DNA of 64,000 bases from Catajapyx aquilonaris (taxonomy: Eukaryota). Where the stretch lies: the NCBI GenBank assembly GCA_000934665.2, contig JYFJ02002099.1, forward strand, positions 62,001 through 126,000, written 5' to 3'. The translations under genes were made by a program, and so were the position numbers. Shown one piece after another: positions 1-14,874 of the stretch. Each line of letters opens with the position of its first letter. Position 1 is the first letter of the stretch. The notes under the pieces were generated by a model. The model did no database searches. It was not told where the DNA came from and saw nothing but the letters and a program-made list of their open reading frames with translations.

Positions 1-3000
1 CCCGTTTGCAGGCTTGCGTGAAATGACTAAGCGAAGCTGTACGCCGAATTAACAACTGGAAAGTGATTGGTGCACTGGACGCGGAGTGCAGAAAGCGATT
101 TATCCGCTGAAAAATGGAGAGCAATCATAGCAATAGCTAGAAGGAAAAATTTTTTTGAGTTTTTTTTAGAAATTTGTTGCGCGGGGTTTGTAATCAGGTG
201 CGCAGTCTGTGGCTGCAATCTGGTGCGAAATATTGATGAAATGCGAGGGAAACTAGTTGGTCTACCAACTGCTTCATTTGGAAATCAAGAAGGGAGCAGA
301 TGAGCTGGCATTATCTTTTGGGGGGTCTACTCCCCACCCTAAAATTTATACCCGCGCCACGTGTCATCACATCCGATATGCCCATTAATTTATAGCACGA
401 TCGTTCATCACGACTAGAAAACAATACAGACCAGATTTTGCGGATTTCAAGTCAAATTAACCCTGATGTGGTCCTATATGTAGAACACTTCATATATGCC
501 CATAAAAATATTTCTGATTGCAAATTTTCGTTCCATTTTTTTCTCAAAAAGAATGAGTTGATGTGCGTGCTGAGAGAGCCAAAAAAATAGGTCTGGAATC
601 AGGAACCCTATTTTTGTTCGTGAGTAGGGCTATAAAGAAAGCTGTCCATCACAGAAACGGAAAGCTTATCGTTTTCCTTGCCCGCTTTTCCGCTGCATCC
701 AAGAAAATGACAACTGGAGACTGGAAAATATGACGGCGCAGCCTCCATAGCATAAATGCTATATTCCAACAAGATAGGGGGATCTTATAAAGTGAGAATG
801 AAAGGAATTCACTCCAATTAACTGGAAATACTTGTGGAATCCTCTGACTTAACTGTAACTGCCAGTATATTGATATACAGGGGGGTCTATAAAGCAATTC
901 CGACCTGTCTGCCTTAGTGTTTTTTTTTTTGTCAGAATATACCAACATTCCATTAACAAACATGGAAGCCTACTGTATAATAAGCGCTGAGCTGTCTATA
1001 CGCATGACGGATTAATTTCGTGGTCCCTCGAGTTTGTTACAGGTATACGGCATGCTTGCGATGAAATATGGAAAGAGAGCAAAAAAAAAAATCATTTCCG
1101 GAGAAGAGGAAATTGCATTGTCTCTTTCACCATGGGGAGCGCCTTACATCAAGGCCAGAAATATTGCTGCATAAGTACATTGAATATTGGAAGTTGCCTT
1201 CGATCCGTTTGCAACACCCTGTAGATGCCGGTAATGATTAGGCCTCTGCTGGATGCAGGCGTAACTAATCTACAAACTTCCAAGAGGTGAGAACGCTGAT
1301 TGGATCGGCAGACGTCACAGACCATTTAGAAATGGAAGTGGCTGCACCGGAAGACAATGTAGAAAGCCCCCTTATCCATGTTTTAGAATCATTATGTGCA
1401 ATTGTTACCACTACTGTAATGAAAATCCGATACAGGATATTCGAAACAATGCCAAATTACGCGTCATCACAGTTAAACAATATGCTACAGTGTAGTAGCT
1501 GTTATCGGAGGAATTGGCCTTGTTTGAGATTTCATATACTGGTATCGATATTATACAGTGCACTCTGCTCGTCTTGCACTCGGATTATTAGGCACTCAAG
1601 CCTTAGTAATATGGAGGCTACATTAATTTATTAACAGTTATGGGAATGCCATTAAGCTTCTGCAATTTTTTTTGTTAAATCGGGCCATTTACAATCATAT
1701 TTTCACTTGGAATCATCTATTTGTTCTCCATTTTCTGGAGAGAAAAATGATTCGCTACGCTCGACGGTGGGGATTCGCCCCCCCTGGCTTCGCTCCCTTC
1801 GCGTGAAATATGATATGCCGTTACGTCACATCCGGCTCCCAGACAAGTGGAGAATCAACTCCACAATTTAATTCTTACACATTGCAATCGTGTAATCATT
1901 TACTAGGAGAGCAAATTATGCAAAAAAAGACCGCAATTTTAATTAGCAGTGGCTATTTATATGCTGATATGCGGAAATTAAGCGGTTTTAAGTGGGAAAT
2001 ACTTAATTTTTTCAATTTCAGTGGAAATATTGTTTGTGGATGTGTTCATGCGCCAAATGACATCACTATTGTTAGGTACTTCTTCCGCAATGACAACACT
2101 TTGTCACTTGTAAAAAAAAATCAAAGTCCAATCCCCCCAAAATCTTCTGTATCTATCAGTATTTATTAACTGATAGCGACCCACTGTCGGTAAAGGTCTT
2201 GGTATTTACGCTACGGAAAGCCATTTAAAAGCAACCACGTACATCATCAAAAAAAAAGAGAGAGAGAGAGAGGGTGGCCCATAAAAGCCCTTTTCCACCT
2301 CCCCTGATTCCCATCGCCATTTACGCGACCAACCGCCATTTTTACGAGACCCGTTAAAAATGCAGATATGACCCCGACACCCTTTAGCTCCGTTTCATTA
2401 CGACGAAGGGAGGGTCCCCCCCCCCTCCCCATCCCCTTGTTTCAGATTGTAATTGAACCCGTGTGCAATCGGGTGGCAAAAAGCAAAGGCACAGCCGCAG
2501 AAGATGGCGTCCTCATCCGTCTACCGGCACCGCGAGATGGCCGACAATACATCGGCGTCACCCTAAGGCGAGAGATGGCGCCGCCGACGCTAACGACGCG
2601 GTTTTGGCTGCAGGGGAGAGGAGGGGGAGAGCGGAGGGGAAAACCCACATTTGTCACCTGGCTAACTGAGGGGGAAACTGGGGTACAGGGGAGATGGGGA
2701 GGTAAAGGGCTTATGGGGGACTTGCAAGGCAGGGAGAAGGGGCTGTCCACTGACTAGCGAGGTTCTTAGCGACACGATTACGGAAGGCTTTGGGTCTAAC
2801 GAAGCTTTCAACGGTGTGTTCTTTCCGAGGGGTACACGTGTTCTCTGACAAGAAGGATTTTAATCAGTTTCATAGGCTTCTTGGTGGTGCAGACTTTATC
2901 ATGTATCTCTACTATAGAATTGGTTTGAGTCTGTGCCTCCAGATCTCTTTGTCCGCGGTGAGTCATCGGCTACAGTCATTTAAACTTAAGAACCACCTGA

Positions 3001-3224
3001 CGTCACACCAGACGTGTTTTCTGAGCATGCGCAGCTATATGATTGTAGGTGAGAAGAGCATGGTGGAGGCGGGCTGAACGTGACGTCAAATCATATGACC
3101 CTGAGAGTGGCAGCAGTGTGCAGATAAGAACGATGCGCCATCTATGTGAGAGATCTAGTACTACGTTAGCAGTCGGAGCCCGGTCAGTTTGCCAAATATC
3201 GGCTTTTTACTCTAAACACACACT

Positions 3225-3262
3225 TTTAGACTTTTCCGAGGAAAGCAGTCTTATAGAACGGC

Positions 3263-3295
<33 letters not shown>

Positions 3296-3549
3296 TGACA
3301 GGTATCCGACAGACAGAGACGTGCTATAAGACTTTTTTTCGATTTTCTGGTTCCGGGTTCACTCTATCCACCCCTTCCCCCTGGCTGCTCCCTGCACCCT
3401 CCACCCCCTCCCCCTGACCTCCCAGTCCCTCCACCGCCCCAAGGTCTAGACCTTGCCACCGCCTAGTCCCGTGACTGACGTTGGGGACAAAAGCAGTAAA
3501 CATGAAAAAGTATACTCTAATCACGCTCACGTGATTTGCCCATCCTGTT
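3225..3549 (+). mobile_element. HINE/DINE-1-like non-autonomous Helentron, copy 1
   Basis: T-run then sub-terminal IR tagacttttc, (TCTG)n microsatellite, 3' sub-TIR gaaaaagtata (3504), stem-loop aatcacg-ctca-cgtgatt (3519-3536), ending in T's. Homologous to 16268-16613. Confidence 0.75.
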
Positions 3550-4565
3550 TACACAATAATGCTGTACTTTGCTCTTAGGTTTGATACGGGGGTTCTAAGG
3601 AAATGAAGAAAAGGCTGTGCTATGAAAATTAGTTTTGATAATGATGAACGTTTGTCGAAACCGGGAAGCTAATTACTTAATTAGTTGGTAAAAGCGCAAT
3701 TAGTTAATGTGCTTCCAAGTTATATTTGAACAAACACTGCCTAGTTTCAGTTATTGCTCAGTGCAGGGTAATTAGGGCGAATTAATATTACTTTCAGCTG
3801 GGGGTGCGGAGATTTTCTGCCGGGAACAGCTGCAGTGTTTTAAAAAGTCGCCATATCAATTTTAAATTGCACTTGCAGTGCTTGCAGTTGCACCATGATA
3901 CGTTCTACTAGTACACGCTATCCTTTTATAACCGGAACTGCAATGTACGCAGGTAAGGCCGGTTCTCAAGCTCCGCGAAGCGGACTGTATACAATGTACA
4001 TTTTACGCACATTGTAACTTAAATTTCTATTGCACTATTGTATGAACTCTGCACTATCAAAAATTAAACAGCCAGATAAGAGGTCACTGTGCATTATTAT
4101 AACGAATTATTCATAAAATAATGAATGACCATGAGCCAAATCTATGAGCTCATATTGGCTGCATTACATCCAATTATGTGTCAACCGCATAAACCTCCAC
4201 AACATGGATCATTTGTACTATTTTGTCAAAAAAGGTGCTTGACAGTCATCATGAGAAAGTTATGAGGGAAAAACCCTTACCCTACCTTGTTAAGAGTTCT
4301 GGTGGTTGTACAGCACATGTACGAGTATATAATGGCCGAGAGGGGCTCCAACGAGCGTAATATAAAACTGGCAATGTTTCCGTCCTAAAGTAACACAGCG
4401 CTTCAAAATTATAAAGTTCGAAACTGTACAGTATATTCGCTTCGGGGCATGCACTGGTCATTCACTGAACTAGTTCGAGTTTCTGTCTACTGCTAGTGAT
4501 TGTTGGGCCAAAAAATCTTTTTACACCTTTAACGGTCCTCAAAAATTAAAGCAACCTAGTGATTC

Positions 4566-4614
4566 TATAGTGAATCCATATTATACCCACTGGGTAGAAT
4601 ATGGATTCACTATA
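4566..4614. repeat. Palindrome, 24-bp arms, 1-nt spacer, 1 mismatch
   Basis: tatagtgaatccatattataccca-c-tgggtagaatatggattcactata. Confidence 0.95.
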
Positions 4615-6081
4615 TGGGTAGTACCCAGTGTTACTTCTTTCGTATAGTACAGTAAGAAAATGTTTTGCACACAAATGCGGCAACCTCAGCTTCAAACGAT
4701 ACCTCGATGCGGGCCATAACTTACAGTAGTTTCCGATAACGTTCATCCGTTGCGGGGTATGCGCATATATGTGTAACTGGCCGGCAGGCCAAACTGCGGT
4801 ACGAGGACTTTATTAATACAGCTGGCAGCGATGGTGTTGTGCTAATGTGCTAATCCGATCCTCGGCGGTGCCTATTAATCGAACTGTCAAAAAAGGTGAA
4901 ATATTTTACAGGTAACGCAGTGTGGCTAGAACCGCTCGCATCTCCCATTTTAAATCAACTCCAACCAAAAAAAATACAAGCCGATTTTGCGTTTTTTAAA
5001 GCCGCCTTTCAGAAGCTGCTTGACCAAATTGCAATCTAGGTTGCGGGATTTCCCCCTGACAAATCCCAGTTTAAAATGCATCTAGTCCTAAATACACGCT
5101 GTTGATGAGCATGCATGATCAAAAATCGTTTCGCAATTTGTAAGCTTCCAGTACCTCCATCACGATGAAAGGCAGTATACTGTGTGTGTATATGAAGCCG
5201 CCATTTTGAATCTATGAGCAACAGCTTATCGCTACATACCGGGCCTCGCTTTATAAACTTGCAATATGTGGCAAACTTGGCCATTGCAACTCGCATAAAA
5301 CAACGCATATGAAAACATCACGTCGTCTTAAGCACGGTACGTTGCAGCCTGAAGGCAGCAGGATTTTGACGCCCTGACAGTAATAATTCTGAAGCCTAAT
5401 CCGAACAATGTTAAACAGCAGTACTGCAGGAACGGGGTCTTAATGGACCGTCTGCTACGCCAGGATTATTCCTTAAAAGGAATAACTTCGGACTCCAAAC
5501 TTTTCCTAATCTGTCACTATATTCTCTTAACTTCTTAACAAAACTGAGAAGAAGGTTTCAAACTTCGGACGCCAAAAAAAATCATGAAAGTATCTCTCAA
5601 ATGAGGGGACCTGAATGCCTGTGCAGTTTACATCGGGCGCTGTTGAGTTCGTTAGGCAATTAATTAATAACCTCTATAGCGATATTCAACCTGCTTCTAA
5701 TTATCATGCCGATTAATCCGTCTCCGTTCAGCTCCATAATGGCGAAGCACATTTTGCCGCGCGATTAATTTGTGGCATTTCCTACCCCTTTCATGTGGCA
5801 AAACCTATTGCCTTGGAATTTATTTAATGATAAAGACCGACCTTAAAAAGAGGGCACATAACGCATAAAAATATCCACGAGGTGTGCATATGGCACGGGT
5901 CAACAAAATCGTTTTATGGAGGGAAATTAATTGATGGAATTTTCGGCATACTTCTAGTTACTGCTAAGTTAGCAGTAACCAGCAGTAAGACGAAAATTTA
6001 TGCACTTTTCTTTATGCTGATGAATATATATTTATTTACCTGCATAAATGTTTACTTGCGAATTTAACGCACCGAGTGAAT

Positions 6082-6252
6082 ATTTCTGCCGTCCAAATAT
6101 AAAACACCATAACTGCTAAACTAATAAGGGTGAAGGTCGGCATATACCCTCCACTAATCCCCCCTGACCCATGAGGAATTAGTGCAGGACATGCATGCGA
6201 CTTTCACCCTTACTATTTGCAGTTAGGGTGCTTTACATTGGGACTGCAAAAT
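6082..6252. mobile_element. Old degenerate fold-back element (probable MITE)
   Basis: Imperfect arms of about 80 bp, e.g. caccataactgc..taagggtgaaggtcg versus cgactttcaccctta..gcagttagggtg, around a loop of about 10 nt. Confidence 0.65.
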
Positions 6253-7342
6253 TCAGGCCATTGCAATATACTCCTTTATTCGAGCATATACACATGACTC
6301 CACATTCATTTCCACTATAAGAATCTCCAGTGATAGAATTGACTCGAAACAATAGTCCACCTCAGCGTTTCCTAACAAATTACAGTGTTTCCTTACCCAA
6401 ACAAAGCGCCAGAAGCGCCAACTATTGACAAAAGGACGTAGGTTCCCAGAAACCCTAGTCGTCCCACCTCCCACTGCCACCTCCTAATCGAGATTACTTC
6501 TGAAAGGTGTTTGTGACGCTTCTCCATAAAGGAAGAGCACCCCCTACTCCATTAGCCGAATCCAAATCCACGTAAAACCCCCTTCCCCATGGTAACAAAA
6601 AAGCATTTCCGGATCGAACTAGCCCGAGAGAACCCCCAGCAAAGTTCTATCCTAGAAAGAGAACCAGGTGTATACTATTTTTGTCAGGGGTGTGTAACAG
6701 GTTCAGGGAGTAGTTACACCAACCGCGATGAAAATTGCAACGACTCTGTGCGGCTGGGATTGGCTATTAGGCTGGGCAAACGGCAACCTCATGATGGCTC
6801 TCATGTTCAAGTCGGCGAGGCGGCTTGGCTCCGGTTCCTATTTGACCTCGTCTCATTAACCCCTCAATTAGCGCCGATGGATGTTGGGGGTGGGTGGGGG
6901 GGTCGAGGAGTAGAAAGCTGAGGGTGCTCTGCTTTGAGCGAGTGACGTCACGACGACGCCTGCCTGCCAGGGGAGGGGGGAGATGCTGCCCTCCCCACTT
7001 CGCCATCCCCCAGCTTTTCCCTTTTCAGACTAATTAGACCCCAGCCATCTCTCCCGCTGTAGGAAGAGTTGGGTGGGAAAAGAGTAGGGGGGGTTGAGAG
7101 GCGGAGAGGCACTAATTAATTCCCGGCTGATTAGCGCACCCAGGTGCTCCCCCCCTCCCTTCTCCGCCCCACAATCTCTCTTTTTTCCTCTGGGGGAAAC
7201 GCGGCGTTGCAAAGCAAGCTCTCTTCCGCTCATCTAATACCCGCTCTAATGCACACACACACACATGAGGATTGTGGCCATTGGTCACATAATGCTGCAG
7301 GAAGTGACGCGCAAATGGAATTGGATTCATCCGAGTTGTACA

Positions 7343-7559
7343 CGTACTGCTAGCGACATTTTTCGATGCGGCAGACATGACAATCGAAGTGATAGAGTAC
7401 GAGCCGTGCGAATCAGAAGATGTAGGCCTTGGGTGCGCGTCACCGGCTGGGGACAAGCCCTTTTCTCCATTTCCGCCAGCCGGTGACGTCACCCAAGGCC
7501 TACCTCTTCTTACTCGCACGGCTCGCATTCTATCACTTCGATTTGCACGTCTTCCGCAT
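7343..7559. mobile_element. Fold-back MITE, family A, terminally truncated copy
   Basis: cgtactgctagcgacatttttcgatgcggcaga...caagcccttttctccat...ctatcacttcgatttgcacgtct is collinear with 30947-31167. Confidence 0.9.
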
Positions 7560-10054
7560 TGTACCCATCCAATAAACGCCTGAAAATTGACAATATTGTA
7601 AACATGATAAGTCGAAACCTATGTTTGAACCGCTTCTTCCTCATATCTGAAAATGCAAATAGTGCCCAAGATATGTCGTTTTCTAAAGGGGAGTCTGTGG
7701 GGATACCACATGCTGCGAGGGCTCAATTGCTTTTGCCACTTGCCTTTGAAAATATGAAACGGCGGTGGAACGACTTCCTGTTCGAATAGATGGGCTCGGT
7801 TTAGGGGGTCGCGTGCTCACTGAAGACTGGCCTACTCTTGAAATTTCCGGATTCAAAATGGAGGATGTTTATTTTTTTTTCCAAATGTCGATAAAAAGCC
7901 AGTGGGCAATTTCAAACTAGTTCAATGCCATGTCAGAAAACTCTTTCAATTTGGAACGCTCCTTGCCGTTGGCTAATTTTTGAACAACTTTATAATGTTA
8001 CGAATTTTTTGTCTGTAGTCCCTTGTAGAGTCTATAGCTGAACAACCATCAGAAATCTCGTCACATCATAACAATACACCTACTGTGTCACAAAAATACG
8101 TCACCCTCCAAATGAAAAACGTTGTCCATACCTCATCCAGAATTGGCCTCGCACCAAACCTCCGCGAGTTAAGCTGCAATCAGCAGTAATTCCACTGCAA
8201 ACACTGCCATTCCCCCCCATGTCCCAGTGATGCGGTCATTCAATCAGGTTATCATGAGCCCGTCAGAACTCGTCGTCTCAAGGCACAAAAAAAAGAAGTC
8301 TCTTAGCAAAGGATGCGGGCCATCGCCATTACTTTTTCTTCGTTTCTCTGTGGACACTTCCACCTCCCTCCGAAGAAGAACAAAGCTCTGTGGGTGTGGA
8401 GGTGGTGGTGGTGATGAAGGAGGGGCAATGTGATCCCTGATAAGTCATCTACTTCACAGGCTTCCTGGAGAGATAACCGGCTGAGTTTTCGCCTCGGTCG
8501 ACCTCACCGACGGGGGGTTAACACGTCTCACGTCTAGCGGGTACGGGTGTATAGGGATGAAGTGAAGGAGGAGGAGAAGTTGAAGTTCTTCCTAATACTA
8601 ATGCTTCTTTGGAAGGAAGACGGGGATGGGGAAGCCTTACTCAACTTTTGTCTCCGGATTTTCCTTCTTTTTTTTAGGGAGAAGGAGTTTCTCTCTGCGG
8701 GTTGGGTCGTTAGGATGACATTCAGTGCCTACTGCCAGGTGAACACGTTCAATCAGAGCTAAGACAGCACTCAGCACTCTTGTCATTTCAGCAGGCTCTT
8801 TCTGCATAGTTTCATCCTTAAGTTTAGCCCATTTTTTTCTGCTCTCAGACTAATGCTTCGACAATGAGCTCTTCCGTGAAATGCAAAAACAGAAACCGTC
8901 ATTTTCATCAGCGGAATTTAGTTTGTGTCGTTTGTGCGCCTTGTTTCGGTGCAGTATAATGCAAAATGCCATACCTTCCTTCACCTGTAACATTTGGCAT
9001 TTCAGCACTCCAAGTATTGTAATTTACGTGCTGATTTCAACAAGTAAATCGTCTTCACCATTTTCGGCCATTATTGTACCTGCTGGATCCTAAGTAGTGG
9101 CCATTTTTCACTTTTGTCACTTACTTAGTCCCTCGGCCTTTTCCCCGGAAGTAGAAAATTGCTCCGTGCAATTTCAAACGTTGCCATTTACGAGCAAATC
9201 CCTGTATACGACAGCGCACTGCTTATTTACAACCGTAATTATGTTTTAGTTAAGGCTCGTAATCGTGCGTTTTACTGCAGGTTTTCTCCAACTCCCAGTG
9301 AAAGATGAATGGAGCCATTCTGCAGTGTCTATTATGGTTGGACAAATCATATGATACTGTTAGTTCGGCCCGATATTAAAAAATTGTGCTCAAAAGTTGA
9401 AAAAAATCAATTTAAGCATAGTAAGTACGCTCTCTACAAATACACTTTTTTATTATTTGAACCCAGTCCTTGTTTCAAGTTATAAGTGGATTCGCAGAGT
9501 TTCCGACTTGCAATCAAGCTGGAGGGAATGAGTGTTTCATTTCGAGAGATGTACCGGCCTTTCCCCGAGATCTCCCCGCCTGGGCCATCTATTAGGTCGG
9601 GGGGAAATCATTTCTCACGTTAATTTCCATCATAAAATGGTAGGAGGCTTTCCCCCTCTCTCTATACCCCCCATTTTGGGACGGGCCATCTGAAGAGGCA
9701 GGAAACAGCCATCCATCCATCCCGTCCATTTTCAGGCCTGACAGTTTGCGGTCATCCGAAGAAAGCCAGTTACTCAGCTGCGCTTGCAGGCCCGGGAGTG
9801 CTCAATTAGCTGCTCTAACACTGACAGTCTTGTCCGAGTTGCGAAAAGCACCTATCAATTTGCATCACCAGTTCCAGTGGGGTGGCATTCGGTGGAAATG
9901 ACTGTTCGATTGGCACCGCTGGAGAGTGCTAGGACACGGCTGGCTGGACCCGATCCTATAGTCAAAGTGCATTGGGTGTGTGTATAGACTCATGGGTGGA
10001 AAAGTAGTATATTCAGATGCTCATAATCTGCGAAAACACTGCTATACCTTTTGG

Positions 10055-10120
10055 TGGGCACCGGGTCGCCGCTTCAGCGCTGCTGTATACAGCAGCGCTG
10101 AAGCGGCGACCCGGTGCCCA
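10055..10120. repeat. Perfect 66-bp palindrome with no spacer
   Basis: tgggcaccgggtcgccgcttcagcgctgctgta|tacagcagcgctgaagcggcgacccggtgccca. Confidence 0.97.
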
Positions 10121-13100
10121 ATTGTGTGGCGATCCTGGCGGACGATTCTCCGGCTCACTATTTGGACGAATCTGTGTAGTTCATGACGATTAATAAGCCT
10201 GCTCTATTGAACGTGCTTAAATGCGGGATGACTGGGCAGGTATCAACCGCAGAAATTCCGGGTATCCACCCCCCATTGCAATTTTACACGAGCTGGAGTT
10301 GGCATACTTGACGTTTTTCAATTACTTGCATGATACCCCGAGGCTCAACAGCAAAGCTATTACCTGTTCAGTCAGCAACACGTGAAATTATAGCCCATGC
10401 GACTACAATCTAAATGATTCATAATTACAGTATGACCCACTGAATTCCTTTGACAGCCCTTATCGAAGGTTCTGTTGTATCAACACCAATTAAGGGGGAA
10501 ATCTATGATTAGGTGTAGAGTTCGTATCATAATACTGCACGCTCAGATACGCCCCTTTTTGAGATACGGTTTGAACGCACATTTTTCAGGCCAAAACTGC
10601 TTCCAATTAAAATCAACACTCGGTACTCCCGGCATACAGGTCATGAGCATAGATAGCCCAAAGTTGGCCCGGGCCTTTGTTTCCGGAAAGCAATTACTTG
10701 AAATTCAAGAGGCATAATACAGTGCATGAGGCCCTATTTATGGGGCCAATTTCTTCCATGCCATTCATTCAGAATGTGTAGAGTGCAGGACCATTACGTC
10801 TCCTCTCTACGATCTATTTATACGAAACATTCGATTCGGTGAACAAGTTTCCGTAGGTTGACCGTTGTAAATTGCGTTCGATAATTCAACCTGAAGCACA
10901 CTATTCCTATCGGATTGAACATTACCAGTCCTAGATTAAATCTAGTCAACGACCTAGGGTCCCGTCTTCAAAGTGATGTACGTTATTCTTTTTACGATTT
11001 CTAGAATTTCGAAACCGGTCCGATATACATCTTTCCCAATGGCACCTCGGTTTTGTCACTTGAAAATGTGACACTGAGCCAAAGGCGACAAAAAAAAATA
11101 TACCGAAGTAGAAAAGAGGGCATCCAAGCAAGAGATAGGGTGAGGTGGGATGGGAAGGGGGGGAGGGGGTTGAAGCTCATTCCGAAGCGATCGGTTATCG
11201 GAGATGGCGAAAGAGATTGAAAGGCAAATCGAAATCTCGCAAGCGGCCAGAAGGCCGGCAGATGACGCCCAGGAGGTGCCACCTGGGTGCAAGTGGCAGT
11301 CCGGCCTCTCTCGGCCCCCTCTATTACTTCGATCAATTCGCCGAATTGCATTTCGCCGATCTAAATGTCTTTATAATATTCTCCGGATTTCTCAGACGAT
11401 TTGTTACATATTGCCTGATTTTTTTCCCCCCAGTAAAAGTGAGGGCCGGTTTACACACCACCTAGTATAAAACTTTCAAAGATACAATTCGACCTGAATG
11501 ACTTTCGGCGAAACTGAAAACCTATTACTTCGGCCCACCCCCAACCGAATCCAATGAGCAATCTCACCCGCCTATCCCATCGATTTCCNCCCCCCCCCCC
11601 CCCCATCTGGCCGGCGCCGTGACCTCACTCGCCCTCTGACCCAGCCCATAAAAGCCTAATTGAGCGGGGCACCGCCTTAGGGATGCAGACCAGGCGGGCG
11701 GTGGCGCCAATAAAGCCGCCTTGCCAGCCCGATTTACGGGCTGCCATCAGGTGACGGATGGCATCCATTCTGCTGCCTCTCCTCTACTTCTTTGCAAAAC
11801 CCCTACCATTGCAAAAGCCCTCCCGCTTCGAGTCGTGCGTGCAACTGTTTGCAAGGCTATCCATTATGGGTACACACCCATAGATACTGCTACTCTGCCC
11901 TGTAAATCACAATGTGAGCTAGATGAATGTGAAACCAGCACTATCTGGATGTCTATTAATTTTTTTTCCCAAAAAAATGTAACAAGGAGGTGCTGAATCA
12001 AGATGGCAACTCTATACGGATTCCTCAATCTCCTGGCCGTTTTCAGCAAGCCGCCAGGGGAGTTATAAATAACGGCACAGGTGCGGCTTCCATCCCGGAG
12101 TTCAAACCAAGTCTCGCATCCTCCACATCTTTGCCCTACTTCATTTCGGTTTCATAAATTCGAAAGCTGTGGAGTTAGTAACCTCTTCGAGAATCCGACC
12201 CCGGTGTTGATATTCACGCATCGAAAGGGGCCAATTCTATAGAAGGTTGAGGGGTAACTTATAAGACATCCCTTCATATAGATGCATACGCCCACTCCTG
12301 CCACTCTCAGATAGTGCGAGGGGTAGTTGTACTATCAGTTGAGAGCCTTCGACTAAAGACCCTCTTTGGTAACGATGCGTTTAAAGGTTTTGATCATTTC
12401 CACTAATCGGTAAAATGCCTTATGTTCAGCCCTTTCCAAAATTTGGCATGAATATGATATTACTGGTCACGTGGTCCGCAGCCAATAGTATACCGGTACC
12501 TTCTAATCACGTGACCAGCAGCGTTGCCACATTAGACATGCCCGCAATATCCGATGCCTGCACAATGCAGATGGCAATCTAGTCGGCGGTGCAAATGACG
12601 CGCGTCACCCATGCCGCTTCACCGGTGCTGAATGGCGGACCTGGCCGGGTGCCGTGATGCCGCGCGACCTCCGCCGGGACGTGAAATCGACCACCGCTAT
12701 GCGTTCCCGATATACGACACACTCCACGTCGTCACCAGAAACGGAATAAGGGCTGCTTTGGCACGGCCCACATCAACGGCATTCCTGATACGCTTACACT
12801 GCTCAAGTACCGGGGACACTACACAGCAGCTCGGTGCAGCACAGATCAAGTGGGTCATGCTAGGAGCGGGGGACCGTCATAACAGTGTGTGCAGATTGTG
12901 ACTGAAGCACACCACCCAGGGGGAGGTAAACTAATTATGCAGCACCCAGGGTGTCCTTGTCCAAATTTTATGCCAATCCGTCCTCCCGTTTTAATGTCAT
13001 TACTGTCTCATTTATGACGCTTACTTTGGCTAAAGCTTGTTATGTATAGGGGGGTCAAAAGTAGCGTACAGAGCTGGGGGATAAAAATAGTCTCTCCACC

Positions 13101-14150
13101 CCCTACCCCAAGGGAGACATGATGCAATTAGGCGCAAGTTGTTACTACGCGATTGACGTCAGCGGCTAATTTGCATGCTAATCACTGTTGAAACTGGGGC
13201 GATAAGTAAATACTTCCAATCTGATATTATTTTGAGTAATCGCTCGTGTAATTCTGAAATGATTACAGGCCTGAATCGTATTGTGTACAGCAGTCCAACA
13301 ACACCTGTAATTTGATGGAATCTCTAAGAAGACTTAAAGAGTGGGCCATATTTCGACGTCACCTTGCGTTAATGTACGGCCACGATGTTACGCTCGAGTG
13401 CCAAAATGTCGAGGGAACTTTGTCTTATTATACATTTATGATGCCACCGTAGTACCGTACTATACAATACTACCTCGTTTATAGAGGGTCGATGTGCTGG
13501 AAAGGCAGCCAGTGTTTAAAGAATAACAGCAACATAATAATGTCGTAACATCCAAAAAAAAACGTAAGTTAAGGGGTAGTAGCAAAATGACGGTATCGAT
13601 CCTTTGCTTTGATATGAATTATGCAACGGAGCAGTAATGTACATTAATACTGTAACCAGAGTGGGTCTCCAGAGGGGGGATATGGTAGGTTTGCGAACCC
13701 TTGAGTGTGACGTCACTCGGTAACTTTCCAGGACCTGTCATTAGCCTGGCGGAGGTTGTCAAGGGAGACGCAATGGCACTTGCAGCCTACTCCACCACAT
13801 TGACGTAAAAAAAATATGTGGGCATGTAAGGACCTCATTTTCGAAGCAGTGGGCCTATACGCTTAACAATGCGTTACAGTACTGCAGCATTTTTCTACTT
13901 ACACTGAAATGGTTACATATAGGGGCTTGTCTAGACAGTGGAGGTTACTGCCATGGAAACGAATCTAAAATGTCTCAAGTGAATCAAATAACCAAGTGGG
14001 TATGTAGGAAATGTGTTGTTCTAACTCTTCCAAAATAAACGTGCTATGCGTCTGTGAAGTTATGTATTAATGAGTTATTAGCTAGTTGACAAGATTCTTG
14101 TCAACGCGCAGGTATGTAATTTGGTCGATGTCACTGCAGGCGGTATTGAT

Positions 14151-14471
14151 TTCTTAATTGAGTGGTTCATGAATATGAACTTGAAACGCCCTAAAAAAAC
14201 GTGCTGTGCATACTGCGGAACCGGTCCTTATCGTACAACCTATATTTATATAAATATACTGTATACTGTAATTGTATAGTCCGGTGCAGTTTGGCAAACA
14301 CACAAAATAACACTCTGCTATTATTTCGGTAAACAGCAATAGTATACCCTGCTGTGGCACAATTCTCGCCATTATATCAACCATATTGTGGCTGTTAAAC
14401 GTTGGTTTCAAACGGTACTTGGAACACTCAACAAGCGCTGGCAATGAAACGTTGTTTACAAATAGTGATGA

Positions 14472-14552
<81 letters not shown>

Positions 14553-14874
14553 NTTCTTAATTGAGTGGTTCATGAATATGAACTTGAAACGCCCTAAAAA
14601 AACGTGCTGTGCATACTGCGGAACCGGTCCTTATCGTACAACCTATATTTATATGAATATACTGCATACCGTAATTGTATAGTCCGGTGCAGTTTGGCAA
14701 ACACACAAAATAACACTCTGCTATTATTTCGGTAAACAGCAATAGTATACCCTGCTGTGGCACAATTCTCGCCATTATATCAACCATATTGTGGCTGTTA
14801 AACGTTGGTTTCAAACGGTACTTGGAACACTCAACAAGCGCTGGCAATGAAACGTTGTTTACAAATAGTGATGC

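Noticed and set aside
12463..12518. 11-bp inverted repeat ctggtcacgtg...cacgtgaccag with paired E-boxes
   Set aside because: Too short to call. It is a common motif in decayed MITEs.
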